A program made the translations under genes and the position numbers. Of a stretch of 64,000 bases of DNA, positions 28,971 through 50,452 are shown in pieces (position 1 is the stretch's first letter; every line of letters starts with the position of its first letter). Source of the DNA: Amoebidium appalachense (taxonomy: Eukaryota > Protista > Ichthyosporea); NCBI GenBank assembly GCA_963693365.1, contig CAVNZM010000007.1:10475962-10539961 (forward strand), written 5' to 3'. A model generated the notes under the pieces. It did no database searches. It worked only from the letters and a program-made list of their open reading frames with translations, and had not been told where the DNA came from.

Positions 28971-29148
28971 TATGTACGTGTGTACACATGTGTGCTCCAC
29001 AACACATACATTTCTATGCGGGTGACATCAATTCAACGTGTGTTCCCCTCGGATCCTGGATGGGCACTACAAAAGCATCAACAAGCGCTGCCCGACTAAT
29101 ACATAGCTCGTACTAGCAGATATATTTGGCATGAAAACCAAGGCGAAT
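28721..29148. repeat. Near-perfect ~215-bp tandem duplication
   Basis: AATATTA(CA)n...GAAAACCAAGGCGAAT occurs at 28721 and 28938; the copies differ only in the CA tract. Confidence 0.92.
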
Positions 29149-29358
29149 TCAAACTAAGACCCTGTATATGTAACATGTGAGGAACGGTAGTAACGGTGTG
29201 ACCGGTACCGGTTGTTATATTATGCATCCTACCGAGTCAAAACGAATGACCAGTCCCGAGTCATTTGAGGCATATATGTACTTAGTACTTGGAAAACAAG
29301 TGGCATCCCCCCCCCCCCCCCCCCCCCCCCTCGGGCCCCGCCGACACACAAGTGCACG

Positions 29359-29406
<48 letters not shown>

Positions 29407-30084
29407 GTAGCGGGATTGCAACAGTAGTGCATGCTGCCAGCACACCGCGCCATGCATTGCCTGTGATTTTTTATTGTTGCAGAGTTGCACCACTGTAGGG
29501 CCCACAGCCAGTGTGGGGGTAATGTGTGCGGTTTGTGAGTCTAGGTAATAATCAGAGGGCAGTACTTTGCGACACGTGTTTCATTCCAACATTCGAATCC
29601 CCGCAGACATAACATAAACGAAAAACACATATGCGGCAGTAGGAAAGAGAGGTAAAATAAGAAATCCCAATAAGAACCGACCTTCCATGCCCTAATAGGC
29701 CAAATATACTGCTTACACCCCCAATGACACGCATATTGAATTACAACCGAGAATCTCCAACTCCCGGGACACACCATGCAAAAAGTCACCTGGCATATAA
29801 ATTCTATCATTCTACGACCTACTTCTTAAAATTCTTTTACTCACCACTTCCGGCTATCACTTGCACGTGGCCAAGGCAAACACGTTGACCACACGTGCAG
29901 CAACTGTTACTCCTCTCCAAACTTTGTCTCCATGAGGCCTGCCGTACATTATACACGTGTGTGCATAGAATATTCCAGAAGCACGTGCACACTGTCATGT
30001 GCACCATACACCCCTCCTCGTGATCTCGGTGCCATGCCTAGGGCACGCGATGCAGAGTCTTTGCACGTGCACTACCACGTGGCA

Positions 30085-30139
30085 TTATGCGGCAGCCTCG
30101 GTTTCGATTGATTTCCGCAGAGCCTCCTGCATAACTGCA

Positions 30140-30182
<43 letters not shown>

Positions 30183-30862
30183 GTGTGTGCGTGTGTGTGT
30201 GTGTGTCCATGTGTGTGTGTGTGCACGTGTATGCGAGTGCATACACACGTATGTATGTAGAGGGTGTGCGTATGTGTATGTGCGTGTGCATTCTGTGCGT
30301 GTGAAGTGTGTGTGGTCGGGGGGCGTGCATGCACCTGTGTTTACATGTGTATGGGTGTTTCTGTTCATGTTCAAACATGTGTATACCATGCTTGCAATCT
30401 ACAAAGTTTATGTACAGTGTGTGTTTGTGGTAGAGGTAGATCTCCTTGGGGAGGGGGGGGGGGGGGGGTTTGAATGCGTCAAAAAGTACGAATTACACAA
30501 GAACAAACGGATAACACGATGCAGAATGCAAGCCATACATAAAGAGTATGCATAATAAGCAGAGCCCATCCTCAGGGGGGCCCCACGTGGGGGCTTCATC
30601 TTCGAATGCCCCAATAGGAAGTCACTTGTACTAATCCAAAACTATTATGCATCAGCTCTTGTCCCCCCCCCCCCCCCCCCCCCCCCCCTCCTAAAGGGAA
30701 AACCAAGCATGATAAAAGAAGATCATTTGAAAAAACGAGGAAATGGGAACCGCCAGCACCCCCTTCTTCTAGCTTACTAAAAGGGTAATGAGGGGCTAGG
30801 TAGGTAAGAGATGCCTCGATCGCAGAACGTCGGACTACAACTGCTACTTGAAACAATTAACG

Positions 30863-30936
<74 letters not shown>

Positions 30937-32200
30937 ACACGTGCGACGAGCATATGCTCGTGTGTGGGCACGCCCATAAGTGTGTGTGTGTGCATGTGCG
31001 TGTGCATGTGTTCATGTGCATGCAAGGACACACTCCCCCCTACCTGAGCACATGCATCCATGGCCTGCTCTATTGCCCTCTGTGGTGTGTCGGCAGCCAG
31101 CTGGCCCGTAGCCATGACAAACGACACCTCGTTGAGTGCCGGCATCAGCCCAACCACCACCTCCCCACTGCGCGCACGCCGCTCGGCAATGCTTGGGTCC
31201 GATATGAGGTGACCCTCTACTACCACCTGTGATGGGAAGGTGCGGGCGGAGGTTGGGGGTGGGGGTTAGAATGGGTTATGGAGTACAAAACACATTCATC
31301 GCGGACAACACAATGCAGAGTGCAAACCACACAAAAGGAGAACATGCACAACAAGCAGGGCCAATCCTTCCCGTGGGAAGTGGGGGGATGTGGGGGGGCG
31401 GGGCGGGGGGGGGGGGGGGGGGGGGGGGAGGGGGGGAGGGGGAGGGGAGGAGGAGAATAAAAGTGGTGATGGTCGTGAAATGTGGTCTAAGGGGAAGGAA
31501 GAGGGTTAGCGAAAGTAGGGATGGTGAGAAAGGTGGGCAGAGAGGGTACAGGGAGACCACACAGGGAAAAGAAAAACTATTAATGGGTTATGTGTGCGTG
31601 TCTGTGTGACCAAGATCTGTGTCTGTGCGTGTGTCTGATGCATGTTCAGTATCTCTGTGCATGTTTATTGGCCATACATCAAACGCCACAAAGCCAAGCT
31701 CGAACACATAACCTGACCTGCAATCCTCGTTTAAGCCTCCCCCCCCCCCCCCCCTCCCCCCCCCCCAAACCAACCAAACGCACAACACCCACACTCACAC
31801 ACACACACCCCACAAACCAGAATCGTCCCCCCCCCCCCCCCCCCCTCCCCCCCCCCTCGCCTTTCCCGCTTTCTCCGGGCCACATTCTCCTGCCCACAAA
31901 ATAGAAAAACCAGAAGCACTCTCAATCCCACGCTCACACAACCGTTCTTGCTGTCTGGTCACACAGCAGCCCCCCCCCCTCCCCCCCTCCCCCCCCTCCC
32001 CCCCGGGGGCCCCTTCCCCACCGAATGTGAAACTTCACAAAACTAGGGGCGGAGCAGGACAAAAGAAGAAGAGATGGCTTGGTGCAAAGGGACTGCAAGG
32101 GCAGGCAAGCAGTGTGAGTAGTTGGGTGTCAATGCATTGCGTCTGCTGGTAAAGGGAAAGGAGACCCAAGGGTGAGTGGGTAGGTGGGTGGGTGGGTTAA

Positions 32201-32254
<54 letters not shown>

Positions 32255-32410
32255 GACACGTGACCGAGTACGAGATATATATTCACGACGGACAACACAA
32301 TGCAGAATCCGGAAAGCATTTGTGCGTGCAAAATATTTCTTTTTTCCCCCTTTCTTTTCTTTTTTCTTTTTCTTTCCTTTTTTTTTTTTTTTTTTTGGTG
32401 TGGTGGTGGT

Positions 32411-32445
<35 letters not shown>

Positions 32446-32514
32446 CAATACCACAGTGCTTGCAGATACCAGGTCATAGAGATGGATGCCGGCATGGGCC
32501 AGAGCCACAGAGGC

Positions 32515-32589
<75 letters not shown>

Positions 32590-32665
32590 GGTGTGCATGT
32601 GCATGTGTGTACGTATGTACGTGTGTGCATGTATGTGTATGTGTGTGTGCATGTGTATGTGTGCA

Positions 32666-32733
<68 letters not shown>

Positions 32734-33219
32734 CGTGTTCAAAAGGTCAACGCAGATGCCACCACAGGTATTAAGTTATGAGAACAGTAGGGGGTATGAT
32801 TGGGAGGGAGGACAGGGGGGGGGAAAGGAAGGGGGAGCCTCTCCCGGAAAAGTGCTAACAACACACAAAAAAAAGGAAGAAGACGAAGTCACAGGCCCCG
32901 TTTGGAGGCAAATGCAAGGTGATATTATTCTATGCTTGTGTGTCAAGCTACACGTGTCTTTGTACCAGCCAAATGCCATTAACACAAATGTCATGCATCT
33001 AAGTATATGCATGCCTGTGGCTCTGTGTGTGTGCATGTTTTGCAGTGCACGTGCACATGACGTCAGCATACCAAGTGAGTGCAGCAGCAAAGACGCCCCC
33101 AGCATTTTCCAGCACGGTCACGTGCACATCGATCACAGACTTGGGGTAGTTCTCAAGCTGGATGGAAAGTGCTAGTGCACTGTCTAGTTGTGCACTCAGA
33201 TCCTTGGCATTGGCATCCT

Positions 33220-33309
<90 letters not shown>

Positions 33310-33772
33310 TGCAAGTATGATGTGTGTGTGGTTGTATGTGAAGTGGTGGTTAGAATGTTGCACGGCAGGGCAAGTGCAGAAACCAACACAGAGGAATATG
33401 GCGAGAGACTTGACCAAACTCCACATGCCAAGCCACAACTGCCCAGAGGGGACCTGGCATATCACACATGCAGATTTGGTCAAGAGGTCACATCTTGGGG
33501 TGGGTAAGAAGGGAGGGGAAAGAGGGACGGGAAACGGGGGGAGGGGGGTTTAAGACAGGGAAACCGGGGAGGGGGGGAGGGGGAGGGGGGGGGGGGGGGG
33601 GGGGGGGAGATGGTGGAGGGAGCAACCACAGGCCTAGCCACAACGAAACGAGCGGTCAGGTGAACGGCCAGACTAAAAGGCTTCAGTCTGTGGTGAACAT
33701 ATGGCAGACGTGAAGAAGTTGAATCAGAGAAGTGCTGGTGGCGATTGAAAAGGGGACAAAAAGGGGGAAACA

Positions 33773-33811
<39 letters not shown>

Positions 33812-34391
33812 CTGGTGTGCATGTGTGTGTGTGTGTGTGTGGAGGTGAAGAGGAGGGGGGGGGGGGGGGGGAAGGCTTTGCACCTGGATAAGGGAACCAA
33901 CAGTGCCCTGAGCAAAGGGGGCATATTCGAGCTCACAGTCCAGGGTGGCTGCACCGGCAAACTGGCCTCCCCTGCCCTCGTGGGGTCCATGCACGGCACA
34001 CATCACCTTGGTTCCCCCCTGCTCAAAATACGCTGACCCGGCTGCACTGCTGATCACATCGGTGCGGATAACTGCGGGGGACGGAAGGATGTAAGATATT
34101 GTCTGTGTGGGGGAGGCCTCGGGAGGAGGGGGGGGGGGGGAGGGGAGGGGGGAGGGAAGCGGATTTGTTTTTGGAGTACGAAGTGCGCATTTATAAAGGA
34201 CAACAGAATGCATATCACACACAAAGAAAATGCATAATAAGCAGAGTCGATTCCTAAGGGGGGCCCGAAATTTTCCACACTTCCCGAGTTTCGAACCATT
34301 CACCTTGTCGACGAACCCAACTCAGATAGAAGAGGGGGGAGGGGGGGGGGGGGGGGTTGTGTCAATATGTGTATAGAACACATGATTGTGC

Positions 34392-34424
<33 letters not shown>

Positions 34425-34549
34425 GTGGGAGGGGGTGAAAAGGGGGAGGGGAGGGGGGGGGGGGGGGGGGGCAAGCAAGGGAATGGTGTCACGTGTGTAT
34501 ATATGTGGGTTCGTGTGTGGTTGTGGGTATGTTTGATGACATACCTGCC

Positions 34550-34606
<57 letters not shown>

Positions 34607-36201
34607 TGCATGCAGACAACGTGTGTATGGGTATGCACATGGGTGTGCGTGTGCATGTGTGCATGCTTGTTTTGTGTGTATGGTTCTACTGGTGGCCGAC
34701 AAAGCGCCTGGTAGGGATGGAAAAAGGGGGTGGGGGTGGGGGGGGTGGGGGGGGGGGGGAGATGAGGGGGTGCATACAGATACTGCGCAGCTGTTTCAAT
34801 AACCTTCCGTCTCTTCTCTTCTGGTCGGGCCCCACTAATGGTTCCTGTGGAGGCAGTAAGATATCGGTAAGTAAGTTTCCTGTTTGGGGAGGAGACTATG
34901 ATGAGAGCAGGGGGCAGTCCCAGCGTTCAAGAGGGTTTGGAGTAACGAGTAAGGGGTGAGAGAGAGAGAGAGGGGGGGGGGGAGGGGGAGAGAGAGAGAG
35001 AGAGAGAGAGAGAGATACTCGTGGCCCTAGAGAAGCATAGGCGCTGGCGCAAGGGGGGGGGGGGGGGGGGGGGTCAAACCCCCAAAAGTTGAGCCTGAAA
35101 GACCGGGAAAAAAAAAAAAAAAAGACCTGCATACCGTATGGGGGGGAGGGGGGAGGAGGGAAGGGGGGCTGCCTTGACTGATGCACAGGGAGTGGCATCC
35201 ATAAGAGCACATGAGGTGAGAGGGGATTAGGGAGTAAGGCACGTGGGTGGGGAATGGGAAAGAGAAATGGAGGTTCAGAAGGAGCCAGAGCACAGAGGCA
35301 TATGCAAGCAGCATAGTGATGGGAAACAGGTTAGGTAGTAACACACAAACGAGCACAGCAGACCAGTGTGGTTTCAGAATAGAAAAATGGGGTGAAGGCA
35401 GGGCTCAAAGTAGGAAGCGGGGAGCTAATTCAAGAGACAAGGTCAAACCTAGGTGTGAATATAAGGTGGAATGAAAGAGGAGGGAGGGGAAGGGGGGGGG
35501 GAGAAAGAGTTGGGGGGGGGGGGGGGGGTGTTAGGCAGGCAAGCGTCGCGCAGTCTAGACGGAAACAACTTGGCAAGAGCAGGGAGCCTGGATGGTGTTT
35601 GTTATAGAGAGCAAAACACTAGATGGGGGGACGAGGAGGGCGAGCTCTCCTTCCCCGCCCCCTCCCCCCGCCCCTTGAGCACGGAGGAAGGGGGAGTCGG
35701 ATGATGGACGTTGGGGGATAGGAGGGGGGGGAAGGGGGGGGGAAGGGGGGGGGGGGGGGGGGGGGGGGAGGTAAGGCATAAAGGCAACTCCAGACTTAAA
35801 GAAAATGGAAGGAAAATAGAGGACATAAGGTCAGCAAGGGGAATGCAGCGCCGGGACAACAAAAGCAAGAACAGAGAGCCAGCTTTGGAGGAACTCCACC
35901 ACGAAGGAAACACAAAGAGGTCACACACCACTTGTGCTTGCGTTCCTGACACATAACAGCCCCCTTCCCACCCCTTTCCCCCATACCCCTTTCCCCCCCC
36001 TCCTCCCCAATCCCCCCCCCCCCCCCCGCCCCCGCTCGTCCGCTCTGCAGCTACCACTGAATGAGCCCACAACCATGCCTCCTTGGGGGCCACCTGCAAG
36101 CACCATACCTGCGTATCCATGGCCTCTGTGTCTGTCTCTGGTCTGGGTGGCGCCACACTGAACGTGGGCCCCAGGGGCCTTTTCCTCTCTGACGCGGCCA
36201 T
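30085..36201 (-). CDS. EXOSC6: Exosome complex RNase PH-like subunit MTR3
   Basis: Seven phase-consistent exons (36201-36109, 34844-34778, 34071-33884, 33217-33072, 32515-32452, 31226-31044, 30144-30085), 266 aa. Motifs: [59 protein letters not shown]. Confidence 0.88.
30469..30588 (-). mobile_element. Poly(C)-associated repeat family, well-conserved copy
   Basis: Almost identical to 41319-41437; ends GACGCATTCAAA + poly(C); lies in the last EXOSC6 intron. Confidence 0.85.
31268..31372 (-). mobile_element. Poly(C)-associated repeat family, diverged copy
   Basis: GGCCCTGCTTGTTGTGCATG...CTGCATTGTGTTGTCCG...GTACTCCATAACCCATTCTAACCCC aligns to the core. Confidence 0.55.
32255..32330 (-). mobile_element. 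Poly(C)-associated repeat family, diverged 3' part
   Basis: ATTCTGCATTGTGTTGTCCGTC...CGTACT followed by a ~50-nt poly(C). Confidence 0.5.
34162..34328 (-). mobile_element. Poly(C)-associated repeat family, long diverged copy
   Basis: Shares the core and the 5' extension TATCTGAGTTGGGTT..GGTGAAT..TCGAAACTCGGG..GGGCCCCCC with 41261-41437. Confidence 0.75.
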
Positions 36202-37423
36202 GCTGCAACCCTAGCCCTCTTACAAAACACAGACACACAGCCAGAAAACTTCTCTCTCCCACTCTGACTCCAATTTGTGCAAGTTCAACAAGTTTCGATT
36301 CACTGTGCACATGCAGGGGCCAACGGCAGCCACCAATAAACCACCAATCAAAACGGTTTCTCCTTGTTGTCCCACAATCAAACACCAAATCCACTTTCCG
36401 GCGCCATATATACTTCCTGCCCACGCATTTTACCGTGGGCCAGATTCGCAGCTGGCTGTGACCCGAGCGGGCACTTGGAATGGGGCGGGTGCCGGCCATC
36501 TCCGCTCGACCGTCCCGGCGAAGGCCGCACTGGCCATTGGGCGCCCGGAGGAGTCTGGGCGTTCTAGGGCCCTGGGCAAGCAGCGCACTGCGTCAGGCGG
36601 GCAACCGAACAGCGAGAAGCGCTGCGTGTGATCAGTCGCGGGACCGCGGTCGCGATCAGCGCCGGTGGCTCCACCCACTCCTTACCTTTTGCTTTTTTTT
36701 GTGCACTTTCTCTCTTTTAGGCTGAGACTGCCCAGTGTTTCTCACAGATACGTTTTTGCACTTTGTAAATAGTTGCCCTAAAGCTCCTTAATATATATCA
36801 TAGTTATTCTCTTTTTTGCCCTTGTTGTTTTGCGGATTGGGGGCTTTCACCCACTCACTCTTCATCGCTGTTAGCCACAACCCTTATCCAGTCGGTCCTC
36901 CCAATAGTAGTATAGTATGTGCAACGCCCACATCTTTGGCCACTTTATGTGCATTTTTTTTCTTCATGTCTTTCCAGCAACACTGCAATAGTTGCCTGTC
37001 CCTCGCATTCCCTTATATCTTTTGGCAAGTGCATACAGGCCGCGGCCTTCATGCACGTGGGTCCCCTTCCTGTGACACCAGGGGTTGTGCAGTCAATATA
37101 TTAATGGTACGGACCCTTCTATATAGGTGCAACATAGGAAGTTCCTTCTCTTGTTGAAGGTGCAGCGCATACAAATAACAAACCAAATCGCAATTCAGCA
37201 TGAACTCAGGAATCAGTGGCTACATTTAATGACCCAAAACTAAAATACCTTAGCTATGCAACCCCATGCCTAAAAAAATTAACGTGCACTCGTCCAATTT
37301 CGCACGCACATTCACTTCGTCCTTCTCTTTTCTTTTTGACTTTGCTTTGTATCATACGGTATACCCCGTCACACATCCATCTCTCTCACCTCAGATCTGC
37401 GTTCCTGACTCTGTATATAGAAG

Positions 37424-38053
37424 CAGGGTAGGGATTACGAAAAAAAATCGTCGTGATAGCTTTATAAACGCTTGAATATGTAATTTTCCCTATTTTTTCA
37501 ATATTTCTGTTCAAGAACAGCACATTCCACCCCAAGAACATATCTACAGCGCTTCTCATGTGCAATATCGAGCCCCGATAAGTTTCCAGGGCCTGTCTTG
37601 CGGTACTCAATTTGTAAAAACACGTATTTTGAGTTTTGCGACTGGAGGGGCGTTTTAGTTTTCTTTTGACTGGATTTATTCGACGGAAAGATATGCAAGT
37701 ATGCACGGCATACTGAGAAGACAATAAAAACTTCACGAGTTATCCAGTAACAAGTGCATACTGAGATACCTGAACACTGTGTGAAAATCATATAAATACT
37801 CAATGTGACGACCAACAGAATTCAACAAAAAGTCTAAAGTGTTCACATTGCCAGCTAGTGTAGCAGATACCCGGAGGGAAAGAGGTAAAACGCGACATAA
37901 AAATTCACACCTATCAACATGCTTGCGATTATAAAGGCGTTTTAGGCGGGGCTTGCAGCTCCCCAAGAACCCACCCGTTACGATTAAGAAATTGTCCGTT
38001 ACGATTGGCCAAAGGGCGATACGGTTAAGCTGGCGAACCCCAGCCCAACCCTG
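37424..38053 (-). mobile_element. Non-autonomous hAT element (MITE), copy 1, 630 bp
   Basis: TIRs CAGGGTAGGG / CCCAACCCTG; perfect 8-bp TSD TATAGAAG at 37416-37423 and 38054-38061. Confidence 0.92.
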
Positions 38054-38895
38054 TATAGAAGGAAACCAATTATAGCCCTGATCAACTTCAGCCACCGGGC
38101 CTGCGAAGTTCAAATAACCGATTTAGGCAATACCTAAATGTTTTGTCCAATCACTAAACACTTGAGCGATTGCGCAATCACCGAAGAGCCAATGATAATC
38201 GTTCCACATTCTAGAACCCTGGCTAATGGCAGAGCCATTCCGAGTTCAATTGCAAGGCTTTCGTCCCCCTTTGTTGTCGTCAAAACTCAGCACGCCGACA
38301 AGCCAACGCCAAAGAAACAGCTTATTTCCTACAAGCAGGACAGTTTTTGAGCTCTCCTTGTGGCACCGCAGCATCGTGACAAGGTATTTGATTGGGTATA
38401 TAGATGGCCATGTTCTGTCCTTTCGCACTCTGACGGCGCTTTCACACTCCACCTGAGCCACAGAACGCTGGGATCTGGCCTGCTCCTGAAAGACACACAC
38501 GCCAGCATTTCTGTCTAAATCTAGCTTCAAGCTCGAGTTGTAGTCCTTTCCCTCAGAATATTATTCCTCTTCACTTTTAATCTCACATTCTCAGTCAACC
38601 CTCCCCCCCCCCCCCCCCCCCCCCTCCCCCCCCTCCCCCCCAGACACACACACGCGCACCACCTGACCGCCCACTTTTGAAGATTTACCCCCAACTAGAG
38701 TACGTATAGGCACACCCAGAATACCACGTCCAGACACACACACACACAGGTATATACCGATAGCTACGCTTGCAACCAGTCACCAACACATGTAGGCTTG
38801 TGTAAACCCGGACACACACATCGACATTCCCCCAGGTACCGTCGCGCATGCAAGGGCACAAACACGCTCACACATACACCCAACCACACACACAG

Positions 38896-48259
<9,364 letters not shown>

Positions 48260-48260
48260 G

Positions 48261-48291
<31 letters not shown>

Positions 48292-48757
48292 TGTCCCATT
48301 GTGGGTGAGGGGGTGTTGATAGATGGGTAAAGAGTTTGATTGTTGTCGTTTTGTATACAAAATTTACGAAGGCCCTGTGAACAAGTAAGCACATTGCCTG
48401 TTCACCGTTTTGAAATACTGTATCGTGACTGATTAGTAATATGTAATTATGGGCAGGAAACTGTGTGATTTGGGTTTGCCAAAGTATGCAATGCATTGAT
48501 GCCGGTACTGTTGGGAGCCAAGGTGTTGTATTATTTGATTAAGTTAGATTCAAAACATGAATGTGTGTGCATGCACGTTCTTTCTTGTCATTTCTGAATG
48601 GTTGTATTAGGAAACATGGTACTTCGATATAATTTAACCATTGCAATTTGTCATGAATTTTCATTGAAAATCAAGCTGATGCAATCATGCTGGTGTCACG
48701 TTGGTGCACGAACATCTTCCTTCGACGTGCCCGGCGCAGGTCCCAATGGCGTGCCGG

Positions 48758-48792
<35 letters not shown>

Positions 48793-49385
48793 TCAAAGCT
48801 TCTTTTTTCCAGATGTCCAAATCTGCCCCAGCTCTCCGGGCACGGCACACCGAATACCATATATATGCATGGCACACACTGACTCCTGAGCACAGTGGCG
48901 CATATGGTAGTGTCAAAACGGTTACACACATATACTTGCGGCACCCATCAACACACACACACGTACGCACACACGGCAACGCACACACCGTCATACATGG
49001 TCATTATCACACCCACACATGTGCACACATGCACGCACAAGCACACACAGTGTCACAGAGAATGTGTGTGTGAGATCTAGATCTAGATAGAAATAGAGGG
49101 GGGAGGGGGATTCGATCAAATTCTAGTGATATCATGGTGATATCACTAGACATGTTAATAACAGTAGAGAGAGAGAGAGAGCGAAAACGAGGCCCTGGGG
49201 GAGGGGGGAGGGGGGGGGGGGGGGAGGGAGAGAGAGAGGGAGAGAAAGGGAGGGAGAGATCTAGAGAGGGAGAGGGAGGGAGGGAGGGGGGGGGGGGGGC
49301 TCCCGACCGGAAAGCGAGAGCGAGAGAGTGAGTGAGTGAGAGAGGGGGGGGGGGGGGGGGGGAGGGGGGAGGGCTGGGCTGAGGG

Positions 49386-49416
<31 letters not shown>

Positions 49417-49764
49417 AGAGAAAGAGAAAGAGAGAGAGAGAGTGTGTGTGTGTGTGCTAGAAAGACCATGTTAAACTGGGCACTATGGCAAGGATGGAAT
49501 ACCGTGCTGCCCCCCCCGCCCCCCCTCCACCCCTCTCCCCACCTCAACCCCCCCCCCCTCGCCCTTCACCTTTTTCCCCCCTGCCCGGGTGCTCACCACC
49601 CACCAACCACGCACCCACCGGTACCCCCAGCCTGTCGCTGTCACAGTAACCATTTCCTGGCACACACTTCCCAGGCCACATGCGACGGTAATACCCAAGT
49701 GGGTGACACTGTGCCGAATCCATTCACCGTACTGGGCTAATATTAGCCAGCCTTTTTCTCTTTA

Positions 49765-50182
49765 TCAACCATGTACATGTGTGGTCAGCCGTGTATGTAG
49801 GTTGTGCGCAATACGTATGACACGGCTACTGCAGTTGGGCCTTTTGCCGCAGATGACTCTCCAGCGCCCCACTGTCGATGTGATGACATAGCTCCGAGAT
49901 AAGTCCTCGGCCGGTATCACGGCTCCCTGGCACGCGTCGCACCGTTCAAAATGCATGCAGTCCAAACACTTGCACGTACAGTACCGACGCCCTACAATGT
50001 ACATACATACGTGCCACTCTTGCGCACTGGCCGTGGCATGTGTTTTTGAAAGCTGAACAAACGGTGGGTTATTAACTGATTATGTGACACTAGAGCATAT
50101 CTATTGCATTGCAAAGGAGGGGTTGTAGATAGACCGTATAAAGAGCCGACAGAGTCGATCTACTCACCTGGTGACTGCACAT
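49765..50182 (-). CDS. Hypothetical ~100-aa Cys/His-rich protein
   Basis: ATG TGC AGT CAC CAG|GTGAGT exon (50182-50168) splices in frame to TTCAG|50052-49765. It encodes YCTCKCLDC..CDAC..ICGKRPNC and is divergent from the next gene across CCAAT boxes. No family was recognised. Confidence 0.4.
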
Positions 50183-50452
50183 CTACCCTCAAGAGAGCTT
50201 CAGCCGCGACAAAAATAGCTGGATGGAATTTATTCCTGCGCATTTTGATTGGTGAGATGCGTTAACTCGATCATCTCTATTGGCTAACCTAAATTATTGC
50301 ATCCAATCACAGCGAAGTTCATCTGTGCCAAAAATCTGGCGGGAAAGCAAACAGCGGTGGCCGGTCGCGGTTATGAAAAGGCAACACCGTCCCGTTTATC
50401 ACTTATCACCTGTGTCCCTACGCAAGGTGTTGTGAAGAAAACAATAGGCACC

